DNA from: Camelus ferus | Taxonomy: Eukaryota | Direction of reading: 5' to 3' | DNA length: 64,000 nucleotides | Assembly (NCBI RefSeq): GCF_009834535.1 | Contig: NC_045697.1 | Span: forward strand, 8,992,001 to 9,056,000 | Made by a program: the position numbers and the translations under genes | The notes under the pieces: generated by a model | What the model was told of the DNA's origin: nothing | Seen by the model: only the letters and a program-made list of their open reading frames with translations | Database searches by the model: none | Shown here: positions 26,690-38,897 of the stretch, piece after piece | Layout of the letters: the number at the start of each line of letters is the position of its first letter | How positions within the stretch are numbered: position 1 is the first letter of the stretch

Positions 26690-26880
26690 GGAACAGGCAA
26701 TGCTAAATACCTTGTGTTATCTCATTCAAACACACCCGCAATCCCCCCCTCATAGGTTATTATCACCCCCATTCTCCACATGATAAAACCGAAGCTTAGC
26801 AAGGCTAAATAACTTGCCCAGGGTCACAGACCTAGTAACTGTCAGAGCTAGATTTGAATACAGGTTGGTCTGAGTCATAT
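26690..26880 (-). mobile_element. MIR
   Basis: 'ccccattctccacatgataaaaccgaagcttag..aacttgcccagggtcaca'. Confidence 0.75.
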
Positions 26881-27627
26881 GAATTCTTTAATGGTCTCTC
26901 AAAGGGTGATCTTGAGTCAACCAATGGTACATTCTAAGCCCTTGTGATTCTGCTGTATGTGTCAGTGCATCAGAGGTCCTGTATGAGCACATCTGGATGG
27001 GGGATGGCCAGCCTCAGCTGCTCCCAGGGATTCATGCCTTTGAAGGAGGCATTAGCTGTGAAATAACCCTCTCCTCCTTGAAGCTGAGGAAGCCGATGTA
27101 TCCGATGCCACTTCTTAATCAAGGAGACTATCCATCTCCCGTTGTCATTTGATCTTTCTTGAAACAACAGCCACAAATCTCCAGGCAGCACAGACATGAC
27201 GCAGACAAAATGAAAAAGGAGGAAGTCGCATCTTTCTCTCATTAATGGGAGGGGAGAAAACACACAGCTTCTGCCCTGAGTGTTTTGGAAACATGTTATT
27301 TTTGGAGAAGAACATTTTGTGATTTTTGTTGTTTGATTTCTGAGAAGGCTTTCTTTTAAAATTTTTTCAGTAAGTTGCTGAATCAAAAGGAATAGTAGAT
27401 TGAGCAATAACAATCAATCAGCAAAAGTGTATTGAGTTCTATGTGCAAAGTGTGGAGGTAGAGAGAAAGAGACTGCAAGGCTTTGTCCCTGCTCTGTAGA
27501 TTCTTAGAACCTACTAAGAAAGTTCATATGGCTCTGCATGTGCAAAGCTCAGAAAATATGGCAATCTAATCTACTGTAGTTCGCAGGAGAGGTAACTATT
27601 GTAGAACCCTGAAGAATGTGTGGTCTT

Positions 27628-28160
27628 TCATTGTTCATTCAACAAATGTGTATTAAACTGCCTTCTGTATATGTAGCAGGCACTGGGAAAAGAAAGCTGA
27701 ATAAGACCTTGTCACTACCCTTGAAAAGCTTGTAGTCCAGAACAGACACAAAATTAGAATTATAACACAAGAGATGCTGTGAAATAAGTCATAGAAATAT
27801 GTACAAATAAATGATGTCATGGTTGAAGACATGGTCAAACCCACCTAGGGGAGAGAGAGAGATCCCAAAGACTTCACAGAAAAGCGAATACTCAAGATGG
27901 GTATTGGAGGATGGAGACCAACGGACCAGAATGAAGATGAGGAAAGGTAGTCCAGGCAAAAAAGCAACACACACAAAGATTTGTGGGCCAGTTCCACGTG
28001 GCTGAGGCTCTGCTTATAACTGGGAATGATGAGGGCTTTGGGGGAGCATGACGAGATGAGGCTAGAGAGGTAGTGGGGCATACCCACATCTGGAGGCAAT
28101 GAGGGACTCATTCAAGGACTTGAAGAAGGGGGATGACCTGGTCATATATTTGTTTTAGAA
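27628..28160 (-). mobile_element. L2 3' part
   Basis: 'ttcattcaacaaatgtgtatt..caggcactggg..agcttgtagtccag' antisense L2 tail; further L2-like pieces at 29140-29560 and 30240-30720. Confidence 0.7.
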
Positions 28161-28220
28161 ACAAAGATCACATAGTTTAGTTAGGGCACAGATAATTAAA
28201 CAAGCCCACGTAATAAGCAC

Positions 28221-29135
28221 TCTTATGGGCCGAATCTTTGTGTCCTCTCCCAAATTAATATGTTGAGATCCTAACCCCCATGTGATGGTATTAGGAAGTG
28301 GGGTCTTTAGGAGGTAATTAGGTCATGAGGGTGGAGCGCTCATGAATGGAATTAATGTCCTTATAAAGAGACCCCAGAGAGCTCTCTTCCTCTCTCTCTA
28401 CCAAATGGGGACACAGTGAGAAAACACCATTAATGAACCTGTCAAAACACTGTTTATGAATCTGTGGGGTGAAATAAAATGCACAACCAAGAGGCTGAGA
28501 GTTATGTTTTATTTGGTGGACTTCCTGAGGACTCAAGCCCGGGACACAGCCTCCCAGATTGCTCTAAGAGACTGTTCCAAAGTGGCAAGGTAGAAGCCAG
28601 GACATAGAGGGATTTTTGTAACAAAGATTAGGTAGCCAGAACATCAAAAGATTACTGTTAATTAAATAAAACCAGATATCTGAAGTCAAAGAATTTAGTG
28701 CTTTTCTTTGTGTGGGAAGATGCAAAGGACTGGGCTCACTGAAATCCTTTCTTTGATGTGCACCTAGCTGTCCAGGGTCAGTATCCTTTTCTTCCACATC
28801 CAGGGTTCCCTCAGGGTGCATGGTTGGGGATGGCTGCAGAGGCTGTACCGCTTGCTTGACTGCATCCTGAGTTCCCTCTGCTCAATGTCGGTGGGGTGAG
28901 GGTGGGTGGAGGTAGCAGCTGATGACTTGATGGCCACAGCTTTCTTTACTTACTGATATGGCTAGCAATATTTTTCATTCATGAACCAGGAAAAGGACCC
29001 TCACCAGACACCGAATCTGCCTGTACCTTGATCTTAGACTTTCCAGTCTCCAAATCTGTGAGAAATAAATATTCGTTGCTTAAGCAACCCACTTTATGAT
29101 TTTCTTTGTTATAGCAGACCAATTTGACTAGGACA
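28221..29135 (+). mobile_element. MLT1A-like MaLR LTR split by an ERV1 LTR
   Basis: 'cctaacccccatgtgatggtattagga..ttaggtcatgagggtggagcgctcatgaatgg' .. 'ccctcaccagacaccgaatctgc..gactaggaca'; TSD agcac/agtac. Confidence 0.85.
28463..28983 (-). mobile_element. MER41-like (laurasiatherian ERV1) solo LTR
   Basis: 'aaatgcacaacc..gagagttatgttttatttggtggac..cagcctcccagattgctct..gaagtcaaagaatttagtgctttt'; 4-bp TSD aa(t/c)c. Confidence 0.75.
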
Positions 29136-29974
29136 AGTACTGCGATGGAGTAGTGGGGCTCCTATAGGAATCTTTTCTAGACTGAACCTGTCTACTGAAG
29201 ACTTCTTGGAAGAAGTGACATCAGCAAAATTAGCATAACGAAGGTGAGAGTGCATTAGAAGGAGACAGTTCCCTGACGCTTTAGTCAAGGGAAGAGATGA
29301 TGGCCACCTAGACCCAGATAGTGGTGGGAGAGATGGAGAAAAGTTCATTAAATGAGAAATTACTTAGGGGGTGAAAGAGTGGGACCTAGTGAATGTTTGG
29401 ATAGCCTGAAATGCTGAGGGGAGATGGAAGGGCAGCAATGAAGAAGGAGGAATCAGGGAGACCTGGGGGAATGGTGAGGACGTTCACAGAGATGCAGGTC
29501 ACAGCAGGAGGAGCTGCTTGCGGTAAAGGAGACTGCATTGTGGGAGACAGAGATTCACCGTGTGTTGCCTGCAGTGTATGGGGAGCACTGGGTAGGAAAG
29601 AGTGAGGGAGAAAGGAGAAAACAGTAAATCAATTTAACAAACATTGATTGAGCTGCCCCTGTGCCTCAGGTTCTGGGATATTTGCTGAGAACAAACCCCA
29701 GTCAACAGAATAGTCTCAAGAAATTCTACATCTAGTAAGAGATGAGGTGGGCACATTTCAACACGATGCATTCATGTGTTGATAGACATGTACAAAATGG
29801 GACAAATTTTGAACAGCACCTATTCTATGCCAGGATGGCACTAGTGCTGCAGACATGGTTGTAAGAGAGCCCAACAAGAGCCTTTCCTTCAAGGAGATAG
29901 CATTTTATTGGAGAAAGTCAATAAGGAAGGAAGGAAGGAAGGGAGGGAGGGAGGGACAGAGGGAGGGAAAAAGG

Positions 29975-30235
29975 TTAGTTAGGAAAAGTCTCAGACTGCC
30001 ATGGAGTCTAAGAAGGTTTCAGCAAACTGATGGGAGTTTCAGCCACAGTCACTAGTCAGAGGAGTCCTATTTCTCGCAGGAAAAGACTGCCTTAGTGTCC
30101 CTGCCTGCCCTGCTCAGCCACTGGCCAGGAGCAGCCTATGGGAAGTGCAGCCTAGAGCATGTGTGTGAGTAGATTTCAGAAAGCAACCACTGAGGTCCTT
30201 AGACAACTGCACTCCAGCATTTGGAGGTCTGCAAG
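29975..30235. mobile_element. ERVL LTR fragment (LTR33-like)
   Basis: 'gagcagcctatgggaagtgcagcc..gatttcagaaagca' motif. Confidence 0.5.
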
Positions 30236-31624
30236 GTGATTATTATAGCTGCCCCAACTATGAAGCTGGTAATCCAGATGCTGAGAGAGAATAACTTGGG
30301 AAAGTGAATACTTAGATGATCAGGGATGGATGTCTCTGGGGAGATGACATTTAACCTACAGAAGAATGAAAAAGATGCAGCCATGCAGAAAGCCTGGGGA
30401 AAGCATTTAAGTAGAGAAACAGCAGTGCAAAGGCCCTGTGGTGATATCCAAGAGTCCCTTGAAGGCCAATGTGATTGGAATGTAATCAGAAAAAGAGAAA
30501 AGTGGCAGAAGATGTAGATAGGATGATAATCCAGGGTTTTGCAAATCATTTTAATGAGTTTACATTTTATTCTAACTGCAAAGGAGAGCCAGTAGGGAAT
30601 TAAGTTGGGTAGTGATATTATCTGACTTATATTTTAAGAAGACTGCTCTGGCTGCTGCATGGAAAATGGTATACGGTTTTTCAAGAGTGGAAATGAATTA
30701 GACGGTGGCAGATGATAATGATTTACACAGTCTAGGTGCACTGACTCAATCTGGGATTGCAAGGTGGTGCTGGTGTGATGAGAAAAGTTTTTGTGGGGGA
30801 GAAGTCACCTGAGCTGAGCTTAAAGGGGTGGGTTTTTAGGGCAAGAAAGAAGGTGACATTTAAGGTGAACTTCACTGGCTTTCTGAAGGGAGGAGTGATC
30901 TTACAGCACTTTTCAAAAATCACTTCGCCAAAACATAGAGCCAAAGCAGTCTTTAATTTAGTGCCTTTTATAGGACAGAATATAGTTCAGAAGTAACCAA
31001 GGACGTTCACAGGTGAAAAGTACTTAAATCAGAGAGACAGAGTAGTTAGGGAAAGGAGACCAACCATTTCTTTTTTTATGGCAGAGAACATTAACTGAAT
31101 ACCTCAGAGGCTGAAGCAAAGAAACAGAGAGAACACTTGTCTTCCTTATCAGCTTGGCTCTGAATCCAAACTGGAGCCGCCGTGCGCCATTTTGAACTTG
31201 GAGGGCTCAGGGGAAGTCAATTTTGGATGGTACTGGAGGCTTGTTTTTCAGAACCATTCTTTGCTACTCCTTTCTATGTTAACAACAACAATGACAACAA
31301 CAACAAAAACCTCTGTCTGCAATCACAGCAATGCCACCAAGGACTAAAATCACAGACCAGACTCCACAATACCTGGTCACATTGCTTCATCTGCCCCCTG
31401 GTGGCTTTCTTCCAGGTTCTGTATTTTGATGGTTAGCCATTCCTCTTCTTTTCATTCCTCACTGGCCCTGCCTTAGGTTTATACTTTCGAAATGGATTCT
31501 AAACCATTCTCCCAAACTGTACACAGATCAAGTGACAAAATGATGGCTTGCTGGGCAAAAGCAGCCCCCCAGTGCATTTCCACTGTTCTCTTTTGTCTAA
31601 GATGCTTTACGGAAGATATCAAAA

Positions 31625-31895
31625 TTGAAAAATCAGATGATTTTACATAAAAATCCACACCAGAACTTGACACATTGTAACTGACTGTACTTCAATAATA
31701 CAAAAAAAAAATGTCTACATTTCCAGTTTCTTTTGAAAATTTGAACAATCTTACCTCACTGGTCCACATGGATCAGCAGCTGGGTGAGGCTGAATAGTGG
31801 CTGTTCCTTTTAGCTTGGGCATCGAATTTCTCTCCGTTTTGTCATAATATTTCTCCCTTACTATTGTTTTATATTCTTATTTTTTGTTACCTGTC
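31625..31895. mobile_element. MER102-like hAT element containing a tiny L1 tip
   Basis: 'ttacataaaaatcca..atttccagtttcttttgaaaa..ggctgaatagtggctg'; an oppositely oriented relative lies at ~33850-34050. Confidence 0.6.
31657..31711 (+). mobile_element. Extremely 5'-truncated L1 (~55 bp incl. polyA)
   Basis: 'acaccagaacttgacacattgtaactgactgtacttcaat' matches the L1 terminus at 62636-62675, followed by an A tail. Confidence 0.85.
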
Positions 31896-32370
31896 TGAAC
31901 GTGAAGTAGGAGGGAGGTAGGCGTTATTTCAATATGAAGGTGTTACTCTACAGACCTATTTTTCTAAAACACAATTCTGATCATGTCACACTTGTGTTTT
32001 AAAAACCATCACCAGCCTGCTTATCTGACAAATTAAGTTCAAAGTCTTCACCCTAGCACAGAAAGGCCTTTATAACCTGATCTGAACCTTTCTGAGGATC
32101 TCTTTCCAAAACCACACTCTTCTTGGAAGCGACCTGAAAGGCTGTGCCCTGTTGTACACCCAGGTCTCTTGCCCATGTAATTCCCCCCTTCCAGTTGGAA
32201 TGCTGTTTCTTCTCTTACCCACCTGGTGAACATCTACTCTTCAGCCTCCGTTCAAATATAAATTCTCTTACCTACAGACTAGAGTAGTAATACTTACTGT
32301 TCTGATACCAGCGGATTCTGATGGGAATCAAATGACATAACGTCCTTTGTAAAACTGCAAGTAATATATG

Positions 32371-32416
32371 AATGAATGGAATTAGTATAGAAAAATGAAT
32401 GGAATTAGTATAGAAA
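32371..32416. repeat. Perfect 23-bp tandem duplication
   Basis: aatgaatggaattagtatagaaa x2. Confidence 0.95.
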
Positions 32417-33364
32417 ATGACATATTCTTAACTTTAGGTGATTTAACTGTATTATTTCTGCAGAGAACAGTAACCTGAAAGGCAGGAGGCCTGAAATATG
32501 GTTCCAATTTCTTTGCCAATTAGCTGGATGATTTGGGGAAAGTCCTTTTGCCACTCCAGACCTCAGTTTCCAGAGCCAGCTTTTGAAAGTGTAAGGTTCT
32601 TCCTTCTGTTTCTTTTTCTTTAGTCTTCCGAGGAGTAAAGCACTTTTCTTGTACATAAAGGCTTTCATCCTTGCACATTTGTTATGGCATATTAACCATA
32701 ATAAAATAATGAATATAATTAGTTTTTTTCATTAAATATACAAATCAGCAACAAAAGCTATTGTGTGGAGCTGATTACTAACATTTTCCTAACCTGTTTT
32801 CATTATTTAATCAACAAATGGAAGCTTCAGAGCTCAGGATTTAAAGATCTCAGCAGCTGTATTGCAGTGTCTCATTCGGTCTCATCTAGTCTTTTGCTCT
32901 ATCCTCAGATGACAGTTACCATATCTGGCTTCCCGTATTACTTGACAGTCACCCACGTGATTGGTGCATTTGAGGAGAAGAATTGGGAGGGGTGGGAGTG
33001 TGGAGGAAATGAGGAGTGTACTTGGAGGGGGAGAAAACTTCATCCTTTCCTTATTTTCTAAATTGCAGCTTGTAAAGTTGATTCACTGACTGCTGGTTTA
33101 AAATGGTATCTGCTAACAGCTCCTGGTACAGCTTCTCTGTAATGTGCAATAAAATGCCTGCGAAGGTTTAAAAGAAGATGTAAACTCAAAACACAGCCAT
33201 AAACTTGGGCTGACAATCAACTGAAGGTTGGAGCCAGGAGAATTTTTTTTTTTCCACCTTTAAGGTCAGTGGAACTTGAGAGAAGAACACATTCCATGGG
33301 CTTGGGTGTGCTATTGGGGAATTATTCCATAGAAAAAAGGTGGACACAACCATTGTCCTTCTTC

Positions 33365-33827
33365 TGTTGTGTATCCCCCATTTTGTGCATCCCTGAATCG
33401 ATCCCTTGGTGGAAATTAATATCTACCTGAAACTTCAGAATGTGACCTCATTTGGAAATAGAGTCTCTGCAGATATAGTTAAGATGAGGGTCCAGATGAG
33501 ATCATCTGGATTCAGGTAGGTTCTAAATCTAGTTGGAGTGTTCTTATAAGGGACAGAAAAGGACACACAGAGACACACAGAGAGAAGTTGGCCGCGTGAA
33601 GACTAAGGCAGAGATTGGGATGATGTGGCCACAAACCAGGAATGCCAGAAGCCACCAAAGCCAGAAGAAGCAATGAAGCTTTCTCCTCTGGAGCCTCCAG
33701 AGGCAGCATGGCCCTGCTAACATCTTTATTTGGACTTTTGACCTTCACAATTGTGAAAGAACAAATTCCTGTTGTTTTAAGCCTCTAAATTTGTGGTAAC
33801 TTGTTATGGCTCTAGGAGACTAATCCA
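33365..33827 (+). mobile_element. MLT1B/C-like MaLR solo LTR
   Basis: 'cagaatgtgacctcatttggaaatag', 'gcagcatggccctgctaacatc', ends 'ggagactaatcca'. Confidence 0.85.
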
Positions 33828-34373
33828 TACTGGAAAACTCACTTTCTATCAGGGGTTGAAAATTCAAACTCCTAAGGTAACAAAAATGAGTGGGCTGACC
33901 AGGGAGAGGACTGAGGAAAACTGAAGAAGATATGTTTTATGTAAAGAAAACCAATTTTTGTCTTGCAAGAACACAGGGACAAATTTGCCAAATCTTTCCA
34001 TAGCTGAGCAGAAGCTGGAAACCTAGGTTTTATTTGTATGCTCTTATTTATTTAGATTTAGTATTGCACTAATATTTTACAAAAGGTGCTGACCATTTCA
34101 AACATGTCTGAGTGTTAGGCTCCTCCTATGGGTGGCTGGTTTGCTGCCTCCTGTCTGTTCTTCGCAGCCATCTTTATCCCGGGTGGCCTTTCCATTTTAT
34201 GAGGCAAGTTCTGGTCTCTCTCCTCTCTTATTATTTATCTTACTACCTCAGAGATGGCCATTCTCTGAGGACAAGAGAGGAGGAGGACGTTAATGGCAGT
34301 GATGCACAGCCACCCAGGGTGGGTTCCTGTGCCTTTGGTGGGGAGGAGAAGGGGGAAGACCCTAGTAGCAGTA

Positions 34374-34411
34374 TGTGTGTGTGTGTGTGTGTGTGGCGGG
34401 GGGGGGGGGGG
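34374..34411. repeat. (TG)n followed by G14
   Basis: Direct reading. Confidence 0.95.
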
Positions 34412-35153
34412 ATGATTATTTTCATATTCAGCAACTGTTTGTGTTGTCAGAAATCCAGAAAGAATGTGGGCAGAATTCCATTTCTGCCTCTTAGAGCCAC
34501 AGGTCATAAAACCTGTTATTAGAATGTGGAACTTATCTTGGAGCAGTGACCTTTCAACTGGTGTGTCGTTTTACCTTGGAAAAGAGGACCTGACCAGAAG
34601 GAAGTGGGGTCAAGAAACATTCATCGTTGAGCTCTTCTGGGAAACGCTGGGCTTGATGTACCTTCTTTTATTTAGAAATGAAAAAACCTAACAGAACGTG
34701 AAGAATGTGCACGCCAACAATGACAACAATCACAGCACAGGAACTTGGAACAATGACTATCAAAGACAATCATGAAAACTCAAAGGAAAAACAGACCCTT
34801 GACAGAGATCTGCTGCAGGAAATGGATTTTCCTTTTTTAGGAGATTATTTGGCATCATTCGATGAGATGCAAGAAATGTTAGCCTCTTAAAAATAGGACA
34901 AAGGTCATAAAGAAAAGACAATAAAATGACATGGAAAAGGAGCTGGATGATATGAGGAAGAATTTCTAGGAATCCTAAAAGTTCCACTGTGGAACTACAC
35001 TGAGCATTAAGGAGCAGTTAAGAACATAACTGGGATTATAGAAAATTAAATTGTTGCGAGAGACAGTTTCAGAACTTCTGGGGTATTGAATGCCAAAGGT
35101 CTTTTAGGAGAATTGCATCTGTACATTTTTAAGAGGAAAAAGATACTGTGCAC

Positions 35154-35645
35154 TGTAATGGGGTTCTGCTGAGAAACAGAACCAACAGGATATATATATA
35201 TATATATATATATGACATATAATTTAATACATGATTTATTGTAAGAGTTGTCTCACATGGTTATGGATGCTGAGAAGTCCCACAATCTGCTGTCTGTGAG
35301 CTGGAGACCCAGGGATGCCTGTGGTGTAGTTCTGAAAACTAAATGTCTAATAGTTTATGTCTCAATCAAGGACAAAACAAGACCCACATCCCAGTTCAGA
35401 GAGCCAAACAGAGAAAGCAAATTGCTAATTCCCCCCTCTTCTCTCTCTCTCTCTCTTTTTTCCTATGCAGGCTCTCAACAGATTGAATGGTACCCACCCA
35501 CACTGAGGAGGACAGTGGGCTTTATTCAGTTTACTCATCAAACACACTCTCATGTGGAAACACCATCACAGATAAACCCTGAGATAATGTTTAATCTGGG
35601 CACCCCATGACCCAGTCAAGTTGATGCATAACATTAACCACCACA
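35154..35645 (-). mobile_element. MLT2-type ERVL 3' LTR
   Basis: 'gggttctgctgagaaacagaaccaacagga(ta)n..gctgagaagtcccacaatctgctgtctg..gacccagtcaagttga..attaaccaccaca'. Confidence 0.9.
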
Positions 35646-36930
35646 AATTCATCCTTTGTCATCTTGGCACCCATATGCATCTCCTTAAACCGTATTTAAT
35701 TTCCTAATAAAGACAGTAAGAAGGTCATAATTCTGCCTAGCACAAAACAACTATCCTGACTACAACCAAAAATGCACTAATTTCTTCTCCAGAAAAAGAA
35801 GTGAAGTCCTTGAGTGATGTTTACTCTTCTCCTTGACATCCTGGAGCTTAAGTACCATGATGTAAAATTAACAATACTTAACTTCTATGATACAGAGTCA
35901 TACACCTTATGTTACATGATATAAGAATAAGAGAAAAAAAAAGAAAAAGCAAACAATTAAAACTGTATATTTTGTTTAAATACAAAAGAAAATAAATTTA
36001 TATGTAAATATAAAGCAGGTAGCTTATTTATAGGCTACATATACATAAAAACATGTACATAACAAAATAAGGAGGAAATACTTACGACAGTTACAGTCCT
36101 AGTTTCTGTAGATTGTCATGTTGTCACAGCATTTATAATTATCTTCTTCCACTACCCATTCTTTGTTCTCTTTGCCCTCAGCAAGCACCTCAGCCAATCA
36201 TGGTCTTTGCCTGGTGGGGTGATCCAACCTGTCATTTCACAAGAGTCTGTGCCATTATTAGTTCTGCCTGATTTGAGTTGTTGTAGTTTGTCATTGACCT
36301 TTATCACAGGTCATGGTAATACTAAGAGACACCCTAAGAGAGTTCCTGTATTCCAGACGTATTCTTCCTTACCTCCATCGTGGAGCAGTAATTTAATTTC
36401 CTCTTGGTAGTCAGGATCAATCATCCCGGCCAGCACAGTAACTCTCTTTCACTGTTGGCCTGTTGATTCAGTGTCATGAGGAGCCCAAAGCAGCTGAGTG
36501 GCAATCTTAATTTCCATTTCCATGGAATCAGTTTTGTGTCTCCTGGTAGAAGCATTCCTCCCCCTGGAACTAAGATGTTTAGGCCAGCAGGGCTAAGGTT
36601 GCAGGAATAGGAAGCAAAAATTTTGCTAGTAAGTCACTAAGAGTAATAATGAGTGGGGCCACTTCCGTTTCCACCCCTTGATTCCTCGACCCCCGAACCT
36701 TGGATATGGGAGAAACAGCACCACATACTGGGCACTAAGTCAGACCATGTACACGCTCCTGCTGAACCTCGCCCAAGCCCTGCAAAGAGTTGCACCTAGC
36801 TGGCATTGCGAGTCTTCAAAGGCCATTCCACTGGTCTATAAAGTCAGCTGCTTCACGACGGTCTGGACCACGGTAAGACCAGTGAATTTGAGAATAAGCA
36901 TAATTCTGCGTCCATGTCTGATGCCCATTT
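35646..36930 (-). mobile_element. ERVL internal remnant: integrase C-half, dUTPase and 3' region (decayed)
   Basis: Manual minus-strand translation: IHWSYRGPDRREAADFIDQWNGL (integrase); GLNILVPGGGMLLPGDTKLIPWKWKLRLP..[fs]..VTVLAGMIDPDYQEEI (dUTPase motif at 36407-36427); abuts the MLT2 LTR. Confidence 0.9.
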
Positions 36931-37377
36931 AAAACAATAGTTCTTAGTTTTCTGTTCAAGCACTCGGTAATTATTGCTAAAACACTGAAATTTTTAAAAC
37001 ACCTCTGAGAGGATTAAGAAAAAACAACAAAAAATCCATTTCTTCTCTACAAAAGTGGAGCTGCAGAGAGTGACATATGGCCATTTTCAATACCACAGAA
37101 ACTGAATAGTGATTTTCTGCAACTTTAAAATTTATATTAAGAGCCTGAGTTTTTGGAAAGAACTATACCACCCACTGGCAGATATTATCTGTCATTAAGC
37201 CTCTCTTTATTTTACCTTTCATCTAGAAACTATGAGCATGTCTGAGTTCTTTATGCTTAAAAGCAATACATATGCCATTATTTCAAACACATTAAAATAC
37301 ATAGAAATGGTGAAGGGCAAAAACAAAAGTAGCAGTCTCTGGTTATCATTAGTTATACACTTGATTATCATTTTTTT

Positions 37378-38897
37378 AAAGTATTTTAATACCTTTAATA
37401 AAATGCCCTGAAGAATTTTTTATTTTTTATTTTTTTTAACATTTTTTATTGACTTATAATCATATTACAATGTTGTGTCAAATTCCAGTGTTCAGCACAA
37501 TTTTTCAGTTATTCATGGACATATACACACTCATTGTCACATTTTTGTCTCTGTGAGTTATCATAACATTTTGTGTATATTTCCCTGTGCTATACAGTGT
37601 AGTCTATTCTACAATTTTGAAATCCCAGTCTATCCCTTCCCACCCTCCACCCCCCTGGTAACCACAAGTCTGTATTCTCTGTCTGTGAGTCTATTTCTGT
37701 CCTTTATTTACGCTTTGTTTTTGTTTGTTTGTTTGTTTTTGTTTTTGTTTTTCAGATTCCACATATGAGCGATCTCATATGGTATTTTTCTTTCTCTTTC
37801 TGGCTTACTTTACTTAGAATGACATTCTCCAGGAGCATCCATGTTGCTGCAAATGGCATTATGTTGTCAGTTTTTATGGCTGAGTAGTATTCCATTGCAT
37901 AAATATACCACCTCTTCTTTATCCAGTCACCTGTTGATGGACATTTAGGCTGTTTCCATGTTTTGGCTATTGTAAATAGTGCTGCTATGAACATTGGGGT
38001 GCAGGTGTCATCCTGAAGTAGATTTCCTTCTGGATACAAGCGCAGGAGTGGGATTCCTGGGTCATATGGTTAAGTCTATTCCTAGTCTTTTGAGGAATCT
38101 CCACACTGTTTTCCATAGTGGCTGCACCAAACTGCATTCCCACCAGCAGTGTAGGAGAGTTCCCCTTTCTCCACAGCCTCTCCAGCATTTGTCATTTGTG
38201 GATTTTTGAATGACGGCCATTCTGACTGGTGTGAGGTGATACCTCATTGTAGTTTTGATTTGCATTTCTCTGATAATTAGTGATATGGAGCATTTTTTCA
38301 TGTGCTTTTTGATCATTTGTATGTCTTCCTTGGAGAATTGCTTGTTTAGGTCTTCTGCCCATTTTTGGATTGGGTTGTTTATTTTTTTTCTTATTGAGTC
38401 GTATGAGCTGCTTATATATTCTGGAGATCAAGCCTTTGTCGGTTTCACTTGCAAAAATTTTCTCCCATTCCGTAGGTTTTCTTCTTGTTTTATTTCTGGT
38501 TTCCTTTGCTGTGCAGAAGCTTGTAAGTTTCATTAGGTCCCATTTGTTTATTCTTGCTTTTATTTCTTCTAGGAGAAAATTTTTTAAATGTATGTCAGAT
38601 AATGTTTTGCCTATGTTTTCCTGTAGGAGATTTATTGTATCTTGTCTTATGTTTATCAAGACAGCATGGTATTGGTACCAAAACAGACATATAGACCAAT
38701 GGAACAGAATAGAGAGCCCAGAAATGAACCCACAAACTTTTGGTCAACTCATCTTTGACAAAGGAGGCAAGAATATACATTGGAATAAAGACAGTCTCTT
38801 CAGCAAATGGTGTTAGGAAAACTGGACAGCAGCATGTAAAACAATGAAGCTAGAACACTCCCTTACACCATATACAAAAATCAACTCAAAATGGATT
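37378..38897 (-). mobile_element. Young L1 with 5' inversion (38655-38897 on +)
   Basis: ORF2 peptides [22 protein letters not shown] and [11 protein letters not shown] on -, [20 protein letters not shown] on +; TSD gattatcatt.. at 37363 and 38894. Confidence 0.95.

Noticed and set aside
26455..26880. Inverted MIR pair as dsRNA (also 6255-6730)
   Set aside because: Copies are too diverged and such pairs are commonplace
28463..28983. STAT1 GAS enhancer as in primate MER41B
   Set aside because: No TTCnnnGAA site found by eye in this copy
34690..35100. Purine-rich ORF-like stretch (ORF 34705..34890)
   Set aside because: Probably a decayed HAL1/L1 ORF1 remnant; too degraded to call
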